Assembly (NCBI GenBank): GCA_964016885.1
Contig: OZ024744.1
Coordinates: 2,852,001-2,916,000 of the forward strand
Length of the DNA stretch: 64,000 nt
DNA from: Eledone cirrhosa
Lineage: Eukaryota
Reading direction: 5' to 3'
The position numbers and the translations under genes are program-made. Within the stretch, counting starts at the first letter, position 1. Each line of letters begins with the position of its first letter. The notes beneath the pieces are model-generated. The model was not told where the DNA came from. It saw nothing but the letters and a program-made list of their open reading frames with translations, and did not search any database. Below, one piece after another: positions 26,501 through 40,270 of the stretch.

Positions 26501-29500
26501 GAACGAAGTTTTGGGGGAAGACAAGGTAGAGAAAGATAGCTTGGTGAATAACGAAATTTTGGGAGAAGACAAGGTCGAGAAAGATAGCTTGGTGAAGAAC
26601 GAAATTTTGAGGGAAGACAAGGTAGAGAAAGATAGCTTGGTGAAGAACGACGTTTTGGTGGAAGACAAGGTAGAGAAAGATAGCTTGGTGAAGAACGATG
26701 TTTTGGGGAAGACAATGTAGAGAAAGATAGCTTGGTGAAGAATGAAGTTTTGGGGGAAGACAAGGTAGAGAAAGATAGCTTGGTGAAGAACGAAGTTTTG
26801 AGGGAAGACAAGGTAGAGAAAGATAGCTTGGTGAATAACGAAGTTTTGGGAGAAGACAAGGTAGAGAAAGATAGTTGGTGAAGAACGAAGTTTTGAGGGA
26901 AGACAAGGTAGAGAAAGATAGCTTGGTGAAGAACGACGTTTTGAGGGAAGACAAGGTAGAGAAAGATAGCTTGGTGAAGAACGACGTTTTGTGGGAAGAC
27001 AAGGTAGAGAAAGATAGCTTGGTGAAGAACGAAGTTTTGGGGGAAGACAAGGTAGAGAAAGATAGCTTGGTGAAGAACGAAGTTTTGGGGAAGACAATGT
27101 AGAGAAAGATAGCTTGGTGAAGAACGAAGTTTTGGGGGAAGACAAGGTAGAGAAAGATAGCTTGGTGAAGAACGACGTTTTGAGGGAAGACAAGGTAGAG
27201 AAAGATAGCTTGGTGAAGAACGACGTTTTGTGGGAAGACAAGGTAGAGAAAGATAGCTTGGTGAAGAACGAAGTTTTGGGGGAAGACAAGGTGGGGAAAG
27301 ATAGCTTGGTGAATAACGAAATTTTGGGAGAAGACAAGGTCGAGAAAGATAGCTTGGTGAAGAACGAAATGTTGAGGGAAGACAAGGTAGAGAAAGATAG
27401 CTTGGTGAAAAACGACGTTTTGGTGGAAGACAAGGTAGAGAAAGATAGCTTGGTGAAGAACGATGTTTTGGGGAAGACAATGTAGAGAAAGATAGCTTGG
27501 TGAAGAACGAAGTTTTGGGGGAAGACAAGGTAGAGAAAGATAGCTTGGTGAAGAACGACGTTTTGAGGGAAGACAAGGTAGAGAAAGATAGCTTGGTGAA
27601 GAACGACGTTTTGGTGGAAGACAAGGTAGAGAAAGATAGCTTGGTGGAGAACGATGTTTTGGGGAAGACAATGTAGAGAAAGATAGCTTGGTGAAGAACG
27701 AAGTTTTGGGGGAAGACAAGGTAGAGAAAGATAGCTTGGTGAAGAACGAAGTTTTGAGGGAAGACAAGGTAGAGAAAGATAGCTTGGTGAATAACGAAGT
27801 TTTGGGAGAAGACAAGGTAGAGAAAGATAGTTGGTGAAGAACGAAGTTTTGAGGGAAGACAAGGTAGAGAAAGATAGCTTGGTGCAGAACGACATTTTGA
27901 GGGAAGACAATGTAAAGAAAGATAGCTTGGTGAAGAACGACGTTTTGTGGGAAGACAAGGTAGAGAAAGATAGCTTGGTGAAGAACGAAGTTTTGGGGGA
28001 AGACAAGGTAGAGAAAGATAGCTTGGTGAAGAACGAAGTTTTGGGGAAGACAATGTAGAGAAAGATAGCTTGGTGAAGAACGAAGTTTTGGGGGAAGACA
28101 AGGTAGAGAAAGATAGCTTGGTGAAGAACGAAGTTTTGAGGGAAGACAAGGTAGAGAAAGATAGCTTGGTGAATAACGAAGTTTTGGGAGAAGACAAGGT
28201 AGAGAAAGATAGCTTGGTGAAGAACGACGTTTTGAGGGAAGACAAGGTAGAGAAAGATAGCTTGGTGAAGAACGAAGTTTTGTGGGAAGACAAGGTAGAG
28301 AAAGATAGCTTGGTGAAGAACGAAGTTTTGAGGGAAGACAAGGTAGAGAAAGATAGCTTGGTGAATAACGAAGTTTTGGGAGAAGACAAGGTAGAGAAAG
28401 ATAGCTTGGTGAAGAACGACGTTTTGAGGGAAGACAAGGTAGAGAAAGATAGCTTGGTGAAGAACGAAGTTTTGTGGGAAGACAAGGTAGAGAAAGATAG
28501 CTTTGTGAAGAACGAAGTTTTGGGGAAGACAATGTAGAGAAAGATAGCTTGGTGAAGAACGAAGTTTTGAGGGAAGACAAGGTAGAGAAAGATAGCTTGG
28601 TGAATAACGAAGTTTTGGGAGAAGACAAGGTAGAGAAAGATAGTTGGTGAAGAACGAAGTTTTGAGGGAAGACAAGGTAGAGAAAGATAGCTTGGTGAAG
28701 AACGACGTTTTGAGGGAAGACAAGGTAGAGAAAGATAGCTTGGTGAAGAACGACGTTTTGTGGGAAGACAAGGTAGAGAAAGATAGCTTGGTGAAGAACG
28801 AAGTTTTGGGGGAAGACAAGGTAGAGAAAGATAGCTTGGTAGAGAACGAAGTTTTGGGGAAGGCAATGTAGAGAAAGATAGATTGGTGAAGAACGAAGTT
28901 TTGGGGGAAGACAAGGTAGAGAAAGATAGCTTGGTGAAGAACGAAGTTTTGAGGGAAGACAAGGTAGAGAAAGATAGCTTGGTGAATAACGAAGTTTTGG
29001 GAGAAGACAAGGTAGAGAAAGATAGCTTGGTGAAGAACGACGTTTTGAGGGAAGACAAGGTAGAGAAAGATAGCTTGGTGAAGAACGAAGTTTTGGGGGA
29101 AGACAAGGTAGAGAAAGATAGCTTGGTGAAGAACGAAGTTTTGGGGGAAGACAAGGTAGAGAAAGATAGCTTGGTGAAGAACGAAGTTTTGTGGAAGACA
29201 ATGTAGAGAAAGATAGCTTGGTGAAGAACGAAGTTTTGGGGAAGACAATGTAGAGAAAGATAGCTTGGTGAAGAACGAAGTTTTGGGGGAAGACAAGGTA
29301 GAGAAAGATAGCTTGGTGAAGAACGAAGTTTTGGGAGAAGACAAGGTAGAGAAAGATAGCTTGGTGAAGAACGAAGTTTTGAGGGAAGACAAGGTAGAGA
29401 AAGATAGCTTGGTGAAGAAAGACGTTTTGAGGGAAGACAAGGTAGAGAAAGATAGCTTGGTGAAGAACGACGTTTTGTGGGAAGACAAGGTAGAGAAAGA

Positions 29501-31035
29501 TAGCTTGGTGAAGAACGAAGTTTTGGGGGAAGACAAGGTAGAGAAAGATAGCTTGGTGAAGAACGAAGTTTTGGGGGAAGACAAGGTAGAGAAAGATAGC
29601 TTGGTGAAGAACGAAGTTTTGTGGGAAGACAAGGTAGAGAAAGATAGCTTGGTGAAGAACGAAGTTTTGGGGGAAGACAATGTAGAGAAAGATAGCTTGG
29701 TGAAGAACGAAGTTTTGGGGGAAGACAAGGTAGAGAAAGATAGCTTGGTGAATAAGGAAATTTTGGGAGAAGACAAGGTCGAGAAAGATAGCTAGGTGAA
29801 GAACGAAATTTTGAGGGAAGACAAGGTAGAGAAAGATAGCTTGGTGAAGAACGACGTTTTGGTGGAAGACAAGGTAGAGGAAGATAGCTTGGTGAAGAAC
29901 GATGTTTTGGGGAAGACAATATAGAGCAAGATAGCTTGGTGAACAACGAAGTTTTGGGGGAAGACAAGGTAGAGAAAGATAGCTTGGTGAAGAACGGAGT
30001 TTTGGGGGAAGACAAGGTAGAGAAAGATAGCTTGGTGAAGAACGAAGTTTTGGGGGAAGACAAGGTAGAGAAAGATAGCTTGGTGAAGAACGAAGTTTTG
30101 TGGAAGACAATGTAGAGAAAGATAGCATGGTGAAGAACGAAGTTTTGGGGAAGACAATGTAGAGAAAGATAGCTTGGTGAAGAACGAAGTTTTGGGGGAA
30201 GACAAGGTAGAGAAAGATAGCTTGGTGAAGAACGAAGTTTTGGGAGAAAACAAGGTAGAGAAATATAGCTTGGTGAAGAACGAAGTTTTGAGGGAAGACA
30301 AGGTAGAGAAAGATAGCTTGGTGAAGAACGACCTTTTGAGGGAAGACAAGGTAGAGAAAGATAGCTTGGTGAAGAACGACGTTTTGTGGGAAGACAAGGT
30401 AGAGAAAGATAGCTTGGTGAAGAACGAAGTTTTGGGGGAAGACAAGGTAGAGAAAGATAGCTTGGTGAAGAACGAAGTTTTGTGGGAAGACAAGGTAGAG
30501 AAAGATAGCTTGGTGAAGAACAAAGTTTTGGGGGAAGACAATGTAGAGAAAGATAGCTTGGTGAAGAACGAAGTTTTGGGGGAAGACAAGGTAGAGAAAG
30601 ATAGCTTGGTGAATAACGAAATTTTGGGAGAAGACAAGGTCGAGAAAGATAGCTTGGTGAAGAACGAAATTTTGAGGGAAGACAAGGTAGAGAAAGATAG
30701 CTTGGTGAAGAACGACGTTTTGGTGGAAGACAAGGTAGAGAAAGATAGCTTGGTGAAGAACGATGTTTTGGGGAAGACAATGTAGAGAAAGATAGCTTGG
30801 TGAAGAACGAAGTTTTGGGGGAAGACAAGGTAGAGAAAGATAGCTTGGTGAAGAACGAAGTTTTGGGGGAAGACAAGGTAGAGAAAGATAGCTTGGTGAA
30901 GAACGAAGTTTTGGGGAAGACAATGTAGAGAAAGATAGCTTGGTGAAGAACGAAGATTTGGGGGAAGACAAGGTAGAGAAAGATAGCTTGGTGAAGAACG
31001 AAGTTTTGGGAGAAGACAAGGTAGAGAAAGATAGC
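13764..31035. repeat. Large tandem duplication, period 8708 bp (copy 1 about 13764-22471, copy 2 about 22472-31035 with a 144-bp deletion)
   Basis: Every + strand ORF from 14290 to 20557 has a counterpart exactly 8708 bp downstream (14290->22998, 17209->25917, 20557->29265). The offset drops to 8564 after about 29985 (21610->30174). Private markers are shared: GAAGGACG, AAGATCGAAA, AAGGTTGAG, GGTGGGGAAAG. Confidence 0.95.
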
Positions 31036-34000
31036 TTGGTGAAGAACGAAGTTTTGAGGGAAGACAAGGTAGAGAAAGATGCTTGGTGAAGAACGACGTT
31101 TTGAGGGAAGACAAGGTAGAGAAAGATAGCTTGGTGAAGAACGACGTTTTGTGGGAAGACAAGGTAGAGAAAGATAGCTTGGTGAAGAACGAAGTTTTGG
31201 GGGAAGACAAGGTAGAGAAAGATAGCTTGGTGAAGAACGGAGTTTTGGGGGAAGACAAGGTAGAGAAAGATAGCTTGGTGAAGAACGAAGTTTTGGGGGA
31301 AGACAAGGTAGAGAAAGATAGCTTGGTGAAGAACGAAGTTTTGTGGAAGACAATGTAGAGAAAGATAGCTTGGTGAAGAACGAAGTTTTGGGGAAGACAA
31401 TGTAGAGAAAGATAGCTTGGTGAATAACGAAATTTTGGGAGAAGACAAGGTAGAGAAAGATAGCTTGGTGAAGAACGGTGTTTTGAGGGAAGACAAGGTA
31501 GAGAAAGATAGCTTGGTGAAGAACGACGTTTTGAGGGAAGACAAGGTAGAGAAAGATAGCTTGGTGAAGAACGACGTTTTGTGGGAAGACAAGGTAGAGA
31601 AAGATAGCTTGGTGAAGAACGAAGTTTTGGGGGAAGACAAGGTAGAGAAAGATAGCTTGGTGAAGAACGAAGTTTTGGGGGAAGACAAGGTAGAGAAAGA
31701 TAGCTTGGTGAAGAACGAAGTTTTGTGGGAAGACAAGGTAGAGAAAGATAGCTTGGTGAAGAACAAAGTTTTGGGGGAAGACAATGTAGAGAAAGATAGC
31801 TTGGTGAAGAACGAAGTTTTGGGGGAAGACAAGGTAGAGAAAGATAGCTTGGTGAATAACGAAATTTTGGGAGAAGACAAGGTCGAGAAAGATAGCTTGG
31901 TGAAGAACGAAATTTTGAGGGAAGACAAGGTAGAGAAAGATAGCTTGGTGAAGAACGACGTTTTGGTGGAAGACAAGGTAGAGAAAGATAGCTTGGTGAA
32001 GAACGATGTTTTGGGGAAGACAATGTAGAGAAAGATAGCTTGGTGAAGAACGAAGTTTTGGGGGAAGACAAGGTAGAGAAAGATAGCTTGGTGAAGAACG
32101 AAGTTTTGGGGGAAGACAAGGTAGAGAAAGATAGCTTGGTGAAGAACGAAGTTTTGGGGAAGACAATGTAGAGAAAGATAGCTTGGTGAAGAACGAAGAT
32201 TTGGGGGAAGACAAGGTAGAGAAAGATAGCTTGGTGAAGAACGAAGTTTTGGGAGAAGACAAGGTAGAGAAAGATAGCTTGGTGAAGAACGAAGTTTTGA
32301 GGGAAGACAAGGTAGAGAAAGATGCTTGGTGAAGAACGACGTTTTGAGGGAAGACAAGGTAGAGAAAGATAGCTTGGTGAAGAACGACGTTTTGTGGGAA
32401 GACAAGGTAGAGAAAGATAGCTTGGTGAAGAACGAAGTTTTGGGGGAAGACAAGGTAGAGAAAGATAGCTTGGTGAAGAACGGAGTTTTGGGGGAAGACA
32501 AGGTAGAGAAAGATAGCTTGGTGAAGAACGAAGTTTTGGGGGAAGACAAGGTAGAGAAAGATAGCTTGGTGAAGAACGAAGTTTTGTGGAAGACAATGTA
32601 GAGAAAGATAGCTTGGTGAAGAACGAAGTTTTGGGGAAGACAATGTAGAGAAAGATAGCTTGGTGAATAACGAAATTTTGGGAGAAGACAAGGTAGAGAA
32701 AGATAGCTTGGTGAAGAACGAAGTTTTGAGGGAAGACAAGGTAGAGAAAGATAGCTTGGTGAAGAACGACGTTTTGAGGGAAGACAAGGTAGAGAAAGAT
32801 AGCTTGGTGAAGAACGACGTTTTGTGGGAAGACAAGGTAGAGAAAGATAGCTTGGTGAAGAACGAAGTTTTGGGGGAAGACAAGGTAGAGAAAGATAGCT
32901 TGGTGAAGAACGAAGTTTTGGGGGAAGACAAGGTAGAGAAAGATAGCTTGGTGAAGAACGAAGTTTTGTGGGAAGACAAGGTAGAGAAAGATAGCTTGGT
33001 GAAGAACAAAGTTTTTGGGGAAGACAATGTAGAGAAAGATAGCTTGGTGAAGAACGAAGTTTTGGGGGAAGACAAGGTAGAGAAAGATAGCTTGGTGAAT
33101 AACGAAATTTTGGGAGAAGACAAGGTCGAGAAAGATAGCTTGGTGAAGAACGAAGTTTTGTAGGAAGACAAGGTAGAGAAAGATAGCTTGGTGAAGAACA
33201 AAGTTTTGGGGGAAGACAATGTAGAGAAAGATAGCTTGGTGAAGAACGAAGTTTTGGGGGAAGACAAGGTAGAGAAAGATAGCTTGGTGAATAACGAAAT
33301 TTTGGGAGAAGACAAGGTCGAGAAAGATAGCTTGGTGAAGAACGAAATTTTGAGGGAAGACAAGGTAGAGAAAGATAGCTTGGTGAAGAACGAAGTTTTG
33401 TGGGAAGACAAGGTAGAGAAAGATAGCTTGGTGAAGAACAAAGTTTTGGGGGAAGACAATGTAGAGAAAGATAGCTTGGTGAAGAACGAAGTTTTGGGGG
33501 AAGACAAGGTAGAGAAAGATAGCTTGGTGAATAACGAAATTTTGGGAGAAGACAAGGTCGAGAAAGATAGCTTGGTGAAGAACGAAATTTTGAGGGAAGA
33601 CAAGGTAGAGAAAGATAGCTTGGTGAAGAACGACGTTTTGGTGGAAGACAAGGTAGAGAAAGATAGCTTGGTGAAGAACGATGTTTTGGGGAAGACAATG
33701 TAGAGAAAGATAGCTTGGTGAAGAATGAAGTTTTGGGGGAAGACAAGGTAGAGAAAGATAGCTTGGTGAAGAACGAAGTTTTGAGGGAAGACAAGGTAGA
33801 GAAAGATAGCTTGGTGAATAACGAAGTTTTGGGAGAAGACAAGGTAGAGAAAGATAGTTGGTGAAGAACGAAGTTTTGAGGGAAGACAAGGTAGAGAAAG
33901 ATAGCTTGGTGAAGAACGACGTTTTGAGGGAAGACAAGGTAGAGAAAGATAGCTTGGTGAAGAACGACGTTTTGTGGGAAGACAAGGTAGAGAAAGATAG

Positions 34001-37000
34001 CTTGGTGAAGAACGAAGTTTTGGGGGAAGACAAGGTAGAGAAAGATAGCTTGGTGAAGAACGAAGTTTTGGGGAAGACAATGTAGAGAAAGATAGCTTGG
34101 TGAAGAACGAAGTTTTGGGGGAAGACAAGGTAGAGAAAGATAGCTTGGTGAAGAACGACGTTTTGAGGGAAGACAAGGTAGAGAAAGATAGCTTGGTGAA
34201 GAACGACGTTTTGTGGGAAGACAAGGTAGAGAAAGATAGCTTGGTGAAGAACGAAGTTTTGGGGGAAGACAAGGTAGGGAAAGATAGCTTGGTGAATAAC
34301 GAAATTTTGGGAGAAGACAAGGTCGAGAAAGATAGCTTGGTGAAGAACGAAATGTTGAGGGAAGACAAGGTAGAGAAAGATAGCTTGGTGAAGAACGACG
34401 TTTTGGTGGAAGACAAGGTAGAGAAAGATAGCTTGGTGAAGAACGATGTTTTGGGGAAGACAATGTAGAGAAAGATAGCTTGGTGAAGAACGAAGTTTTG
34501 GGGGAAGACAAGGTAGAGAAAGATAGCTTGGTGAAGAACGACGTTTTGAGGGAAGACAAGGTAGAGAAAGATAGCTTGGTGAAGAACGACGTTTTGGTGG
34601 AAGACAAGGTAGAGAAAGATAGCTTGGTGGAGAACGATGTTTTGGGGAAGACAATGTAGAGAAAGATAGCTTGGTGAAGAACGAAGTTTTGGGGGAAGAC
34701 AAGGTAGAGAAAGATAGCTTGGTGAAGAACGAAGTTTTGAGGGAAGACAAGGTAGAGAAAGATAGCTTGGTGAATAACGAAGTTTTGGGAGAAGACAAGG
34801 TAGAGAAAGATAGTTGGTGAAGAACGAAGTTTTGAGGGAAGACAAGGTAGAGAAAGATAGCTTGGTGCAGAACGACATTTTGAGGGAAGACAATGTAAAG
34901 AAAGATAGCTTGGTGAAGAACGACGTTTTGTGGGAAGACAAGGTAGAGAAAGATAGCTTGGTGAAGAACGAAGTTTTGGGGGAAGACAAGGTAGAGAAAG
35001 ATAGCTTGGTGAAGAACGAAGTTTTGGGGAAGACAATGTAGAGAAAGATAGCTTGGTGAAGAACGAAGTTTTGGGGGAAGACAAGGTAGAGAAAGATAGC
35101 TTGGTGAAGAACGAAGTTTTGAGGGAAGACAAGGTAGAGAAAGATAGCTTGGTGAATAACGAAGTTTTGGGAGAAGACAAGGTAGAGAAAGATAGCTTGG
35201 TGAAGAACGACGTTTTGAGGGAAGACAAGGTAGAGAAAGATAGCTTGGTGAAGAACGAAGTTTTGTGGGAAGACAAGGTAGAGAAAGATAGCTTGGTGAA
35301 GAACGAAGTTTTGAGGGAAGACAAGGTAGAGAAAGATAGCTTGGTGAATAACGAAGTTTTGGGAGAAGACAAGGTAGAGAAAGATAGCTTGGTGAAGAAC
35401 GACGTTTTGAGGGAAGACAAGGTAGAGAAAGATAGCTTGGTGAAGAACGAAGTTTTGTGGGAAGACAAGGTAGAGAAAGATAGCTTTGTGAAGAACGAAG
35501 TTTTGGGGAAGACAATGTAGAGAAAGATAGCTTGGTGAAGAACGAAGTTTTGAGGGAAGACAAGGTAGAGAAAGATAGCTTGGTGAATAACGAAGTTTTG
35601 GGAGAAGACAAGGTAGAGAAAGATAGTTGGTGAAGAACGAAGTTTTGAGGGAAGACAAGGTAGAGAAAGATAGCTTGGTGAAGAACGACGTTTTGAGGGA
35701 AGACAAGGTAGAGAAAGATAGCTTGGTGAAGAACGACGTTTTGTGGGAAGACAAGGTAGAGAAAGATAGCTTGGTGAAGAACGAAGTTTTGGGGGAAGAC
35801 AAGGTAGAGAAAGATAGCTTGGTAGAGAACGAAGTTTTGGGGAAGGCAATGTAGAGAAAGATAGATTGGTGAAGAACGAAGTTTTGGGGGAAGACAAGGT
35901 AGAGAAAGATAGCTTGGTGAAGAACGAAGTTTTGAGGGAAGACAAGGTAGAGAAAGATAGCTTGGTGAATAACGAAGTTTTGGGAGAAGACAAGGTAGAG
36001 AAAGATAGCTTGGTGAAGAACGACGTTTTGAGGGAAGACAAGGTAGAGAAAGATAGCTTGGTGAAGAACGAAGTTTTGGGGGAAGACAAGGTAGAGAAAG
36101 ATAGCTTGGTGAAGAACGAAGTTTTGGGGGAAGACAAGGTAGAGAAAGATAGCTTGGTGAAGAACGAAGTTTTGTGGAAGACAATGTAGAGAAAGATAGC
36201 TTGGTGAAGAACGAAGTTTTGGGGAAGACAATGTAGAGAAAGATAGCTTGGTGAAGAACGAAGTTTTGGGGGAAGACAAGGTAGAGAAAGATAGCTTGGT
36301 GAAGAACGAAGTTTTGGGAGAAGACAAGGTAGAGAAAGATAGCTTGGTGAAGAACGAAGTTTTGAGGGAAGACAAGGTAGAGAAAGATAGCTTGGTGAAG
36401 AAAGACGTTTTGAGGGAAGACAAGGTAGAGAAAGATAGCTTGGTGAAGAACGACGTTTTGTGGGAAGACAAGGTAGAGAAAGATAGCTTGGTGAAGAACG
36501 AAGTTTTGGGGGAAGACAAGGTAGAGAAAGATAGCTTGGTGAAGAACGAAGTTTTGGGGGAAGACAAGGTAGAGAAAGATAGCTTGGTGAAGAACGAAGT
36601 TTTGTGGGAAGACAAGGTAGAGAAAGATAGCTTGGTGAAGAACGAAGTTTTGGGGGAAGACAATGTAGAGAAAGATAGCTTGGTGAAGAACGAAGTTTTG
36701 GGGGAAGACAAGGTAGAGAAAGATAGCTTGGTGAATAAGGAAATTTTGGGAGAAGACAAGGTCGAGAAAGATAGCTAGGTGAAGAACGAAATTTTGAGGG
36801 AAGACAAGGTAGAGAAAGATAGCTTGGTGAAGAACGACGTTTTGGTGGAAGACAAGGTAGAGGAAGATAGCTTGGTGAAGAACGATGTTTTGGGGAAGAC
36901 AATATAGAGCAAGATAGCTTGGTGAACAACGAAGTTTTGGGGGAAGACAAGGTAGAGAAAGATAGCTTGGTGAAGAACGACGTTTTGAGGGAAGACAAGG

Positions 37001-40000
37001 TAGAGACAGATAGCTTGGTGAAGAACGACGTTTTGTGGGAAGACAAGGTAGAGAAAGATAGCTTGGTGAAGAACGAAGTTTTGGGGGAAGACAAGGTAGA
37101 GAAAGATAGCTTGGTGAAGAACGGAGTTTTGGGGGAAGACAAGGTAGAGAAAGATAGCTTGGTGAAGAACGAAGTTTTGGGGGAAGACAAGGTAGAGAAA
37201 GATAGCTTGGTGAAGAACGAAGTTTTGTGGAAGACAATGTAGAGAAAGATAGCATGGTGAAGAACGAAGTTTTGGGGAAGACAATGTAGAGAAAGATAGC
37301 TTGGTGAAGAACGAAGTTTTGGGGGAAGACAAGGTAGAGAAAGATAGCTTGGTGAAGAACGAAGTTTTGGGAGAAAACAAGGTAGAGAAATATAGCTTGG
37401 TGAAGAACGAAGTTTTGAGGGAAGACAAGGTAGAGAAAGATAGCTTGGTGAAGAACGACCTTTTGAGGGAAGACAAGGTAGAGAAAGATAGCTTGGTGAA
37501 GAACGACGTTTTGTGGGAAGACAAGGTAGAGAAAGATAGCTTGGTGAAGAACGAAGTTTTGGGGGAAGACAAGGTAGAGAAAGATAGCTTGGTGAAGAAC
37601 GAAGTTTTGTGGGAAGACAAGGTAGAGAAAGATAGCTTGGTGAAGAACAAAGTTTTGGGGGAAGACAATGTAGAGAAAGATAGCTTGGTGAAGAACGAAG
37701 TTTTGGGGGAAGACAAGGTAGAGAAAGATAGCTTGGTGAATAACGCAATTTTGGGAGAAGACAAGGTCGAGAAAGATAGCTTGGTGAAGAACGAAATTTT
37801 GAGGGAAGACAAGGTAGAGAAAGATAGCTTGGTGAAGAACGACGTTTTGGTGGAAGACAAGGTAGAGAAAGATAGCTTGGTGAAGAACGATGTTTTGGGG
37901 AAGACAATGTAGAGAAAGATAGCTTGGTGAAGAACGAAGTTTTGGGGGAAGACAAGGTAGAGAAAGATAGCTTGGTGAAGAACGAAGTTTTGGGGGAAGA
38001 CAAGGTAGAGAAAGATAGCTTGGTGAAGAACGAAGTTTTGGGGAAGACAATGTAGAGAAAGATAGCTTGGTGAAGAACGAAGATTTGGGGGAAGACAAGG
38101 TAGAGAAAGATAGCTTGGTGAAGAACGAAGTTTTGGGAGAAGACAAGGTAGAGAAAGATAGCTTGGTGAAGAACGAAGTTTTGAGGGAAGACAAGGTAGA
38201 GAAAGATGCTTGGTGAAGAACGACGTTTTGAGGGAAGACAAGGTAGAGAAAGATAGCTTGGTGAAGAACGACGTTTTGTGGGAAGACAAGGTAGAGAAAG
38301 ATAGCTTGGTGAAGAACGAAGTTTTGGGGGAAGACAAGGTAGAGAAAGATAGCTTGGTGAAGAACGGAGTTTTGGGGGAAGACAAGGTAGAGAAAGATAG
38401 CTTGGTGAAGAACGAAGTTTTGGGGGAAGACAAGGTAGAGAAAGATAGCTTGGTGAAGAACGAAGTTTTGTGGAAGACAATGTAGAGAAAGATAGCTTGG
38501 TGAAGAACGAAGTTTTGGGGAAGACAATGTAGAGAAAGATAGCTTGGTGAATAACGAAATTTTGGGAGAAGACAAGGTAGAGAAAGATAGCTTGGTGAAG
38601 AACGGTGTTTTGAGGGAAGACAAGGTAGAGAAAGATAGCTTGGTGAAGAACGACGTTTTGAGGGAAGACAAGGTAGAGAAAGATAGCTTGGTGAAGAACG
38701 ACGTTTTGTGGGAAGACAAGGTAGAGAAAGATAGCTTGGTGAAGAACGAAGTTTTGGGGGAAGACAAGGTAGAGAAAGATAGCTTGGTGAAGAACGAAGT
38801 TTTGGGGGAAGACAAGGTAGAGAAAGATAGCTTGGTGAAGAACGAAGTTTTGTGGGAAGACAAGGTAGAGAAAGATAGCTTGGTGAAGAACAAAGTTTTG
38901 GGGGAAGACAATGTAGAGAAAGATAGCTTGGTGAAGAACGAAGTTTTGGGGGAAGACAAGGTAGAGAAAGATAGCTTGGTGAATAACGAAATTTTGGGAG
39001 AAGACAAGGTCGAGAAAGATAGCTTGGTGAAGAACGAAATTTTGAGGGAAGACAAGGTAGAGAAAGATAGCTTGGTGAAGAACGACGTTTTGGTGGAAGA
39101 CAAGGTAGAGAAAGATAGCTTGGTGAAGAACGATGTTTTGGGGAAGACAATGTAGAGAAAGATAGCTTGGTGAAGAACGAAGTTTTGGGGGAAGACAAGG
39201 TAGAGAAAGATAGCTTGGTGAAGAACGAAGTTTTGGGGGAAGACAAGGTAGAGAAAGATAGCTTGGTGAAGAACGAAGTTTTGGGGAAGACAATGTAGAG
39301 AAAGATAGCTTGGTGAAGAACGAAGATTTGGGGGAAGACAAGGTAGAGAAAGATAGCTTGGTGAAGAACGAAGTTTTGGGAGAAGACAAGGTAGAGAAAG
39401 ATAGCTTGGTGAAGAACGAAGTTTTGAGGGAAGACAAGGTAGAGAAAGATGCTTGGTGAAGAACGACGTTTTGAGGGAAGACAAGGTAGAGAAAGATAGC
39501 TTGGTGAAGAACGACGTTTTGTGGGAAGACAAGGTAGAGAAAGATAGCTTGGTGAAGAACGAAGTTTTGGGGGAAGACAAGGTAGAGAAAGATAGCTTGG
39601 TGAAGAACGGAGTTTTGGGGGAAGACAAGGTAGAGAAAGATAGCTTGGTGAAGAACGAAGTTTTGGGGGAAGACAAGGTAGAGAAAGATAGCTTGGTGAA
39701 GAACGAAGTTTTGTGGAAGACAATGTAGAGAAAGATAGCTTGGTGAAGAACGAAGTTTTGGGGAAGACAATGTAGAGAAAGATAGCTTGGTGAATAACGA
39801 AATTTTGGGAGAAGACAAGGTAGAGAAAGATAGCTTGGTGAAGAACGAAGTTTTGAGGGAAGACAAGGTAGAGAAAGATAGCTTGGTGAAGAACGACGTT
39901 TTGAGGGAAGACAAGGTAGAGAAAGATAGCTTGGTGAAGAACGACGTTTTGTGGGAAGACAAGGTAGAGAAAGATAGCTTGGTGAAGAACGAAGTTTTGG

Positions 40001-40270
40001 GGGAAGACAAGGTAGAGAAAGATAGCTTGGTGAAGAACGAAGTTTTGGGGGAAGACAAGGTAGAGAAAGATAGCTTGGTGAAGAACGAAGTTTTGTGGGA
40101 AGACAAGGTAGAGAAAGATAGCTTGGTGAAGAACAAAGTTTTTGGGGAAGACAATGTAGAGAAAGATAGCTTGGTGAAGAACGAAGTTTTGGGGGAAGAC
40201 AAGGTAGAGAAAGATAGCTTGGTGAATAACGAAATTTTGGGAGAAGACAAGGTCGAGAAAGATAGCTTGG
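26397..40270. repeat. Large duplication, offset 6983/7127 bp (about 26397-33140 vs about 33380-40270)
   Basis: Offsets 26875->33858, 27831->34814 and 29265->36248 are 6983. Offsets 30174->37301, 31417->38544 and 32660->39787 are 7127, which is 6983+144. Confidence 0.92.
30414..33139. repeat. Nested higher-order repeat, period 1243 bp (26 monomers); also present at about 37541-40390
   Basis: Offsets 31083->32326 and 31417->32660; in the second location 38210->39453 and 38544->39787. Confidence 0.88.
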
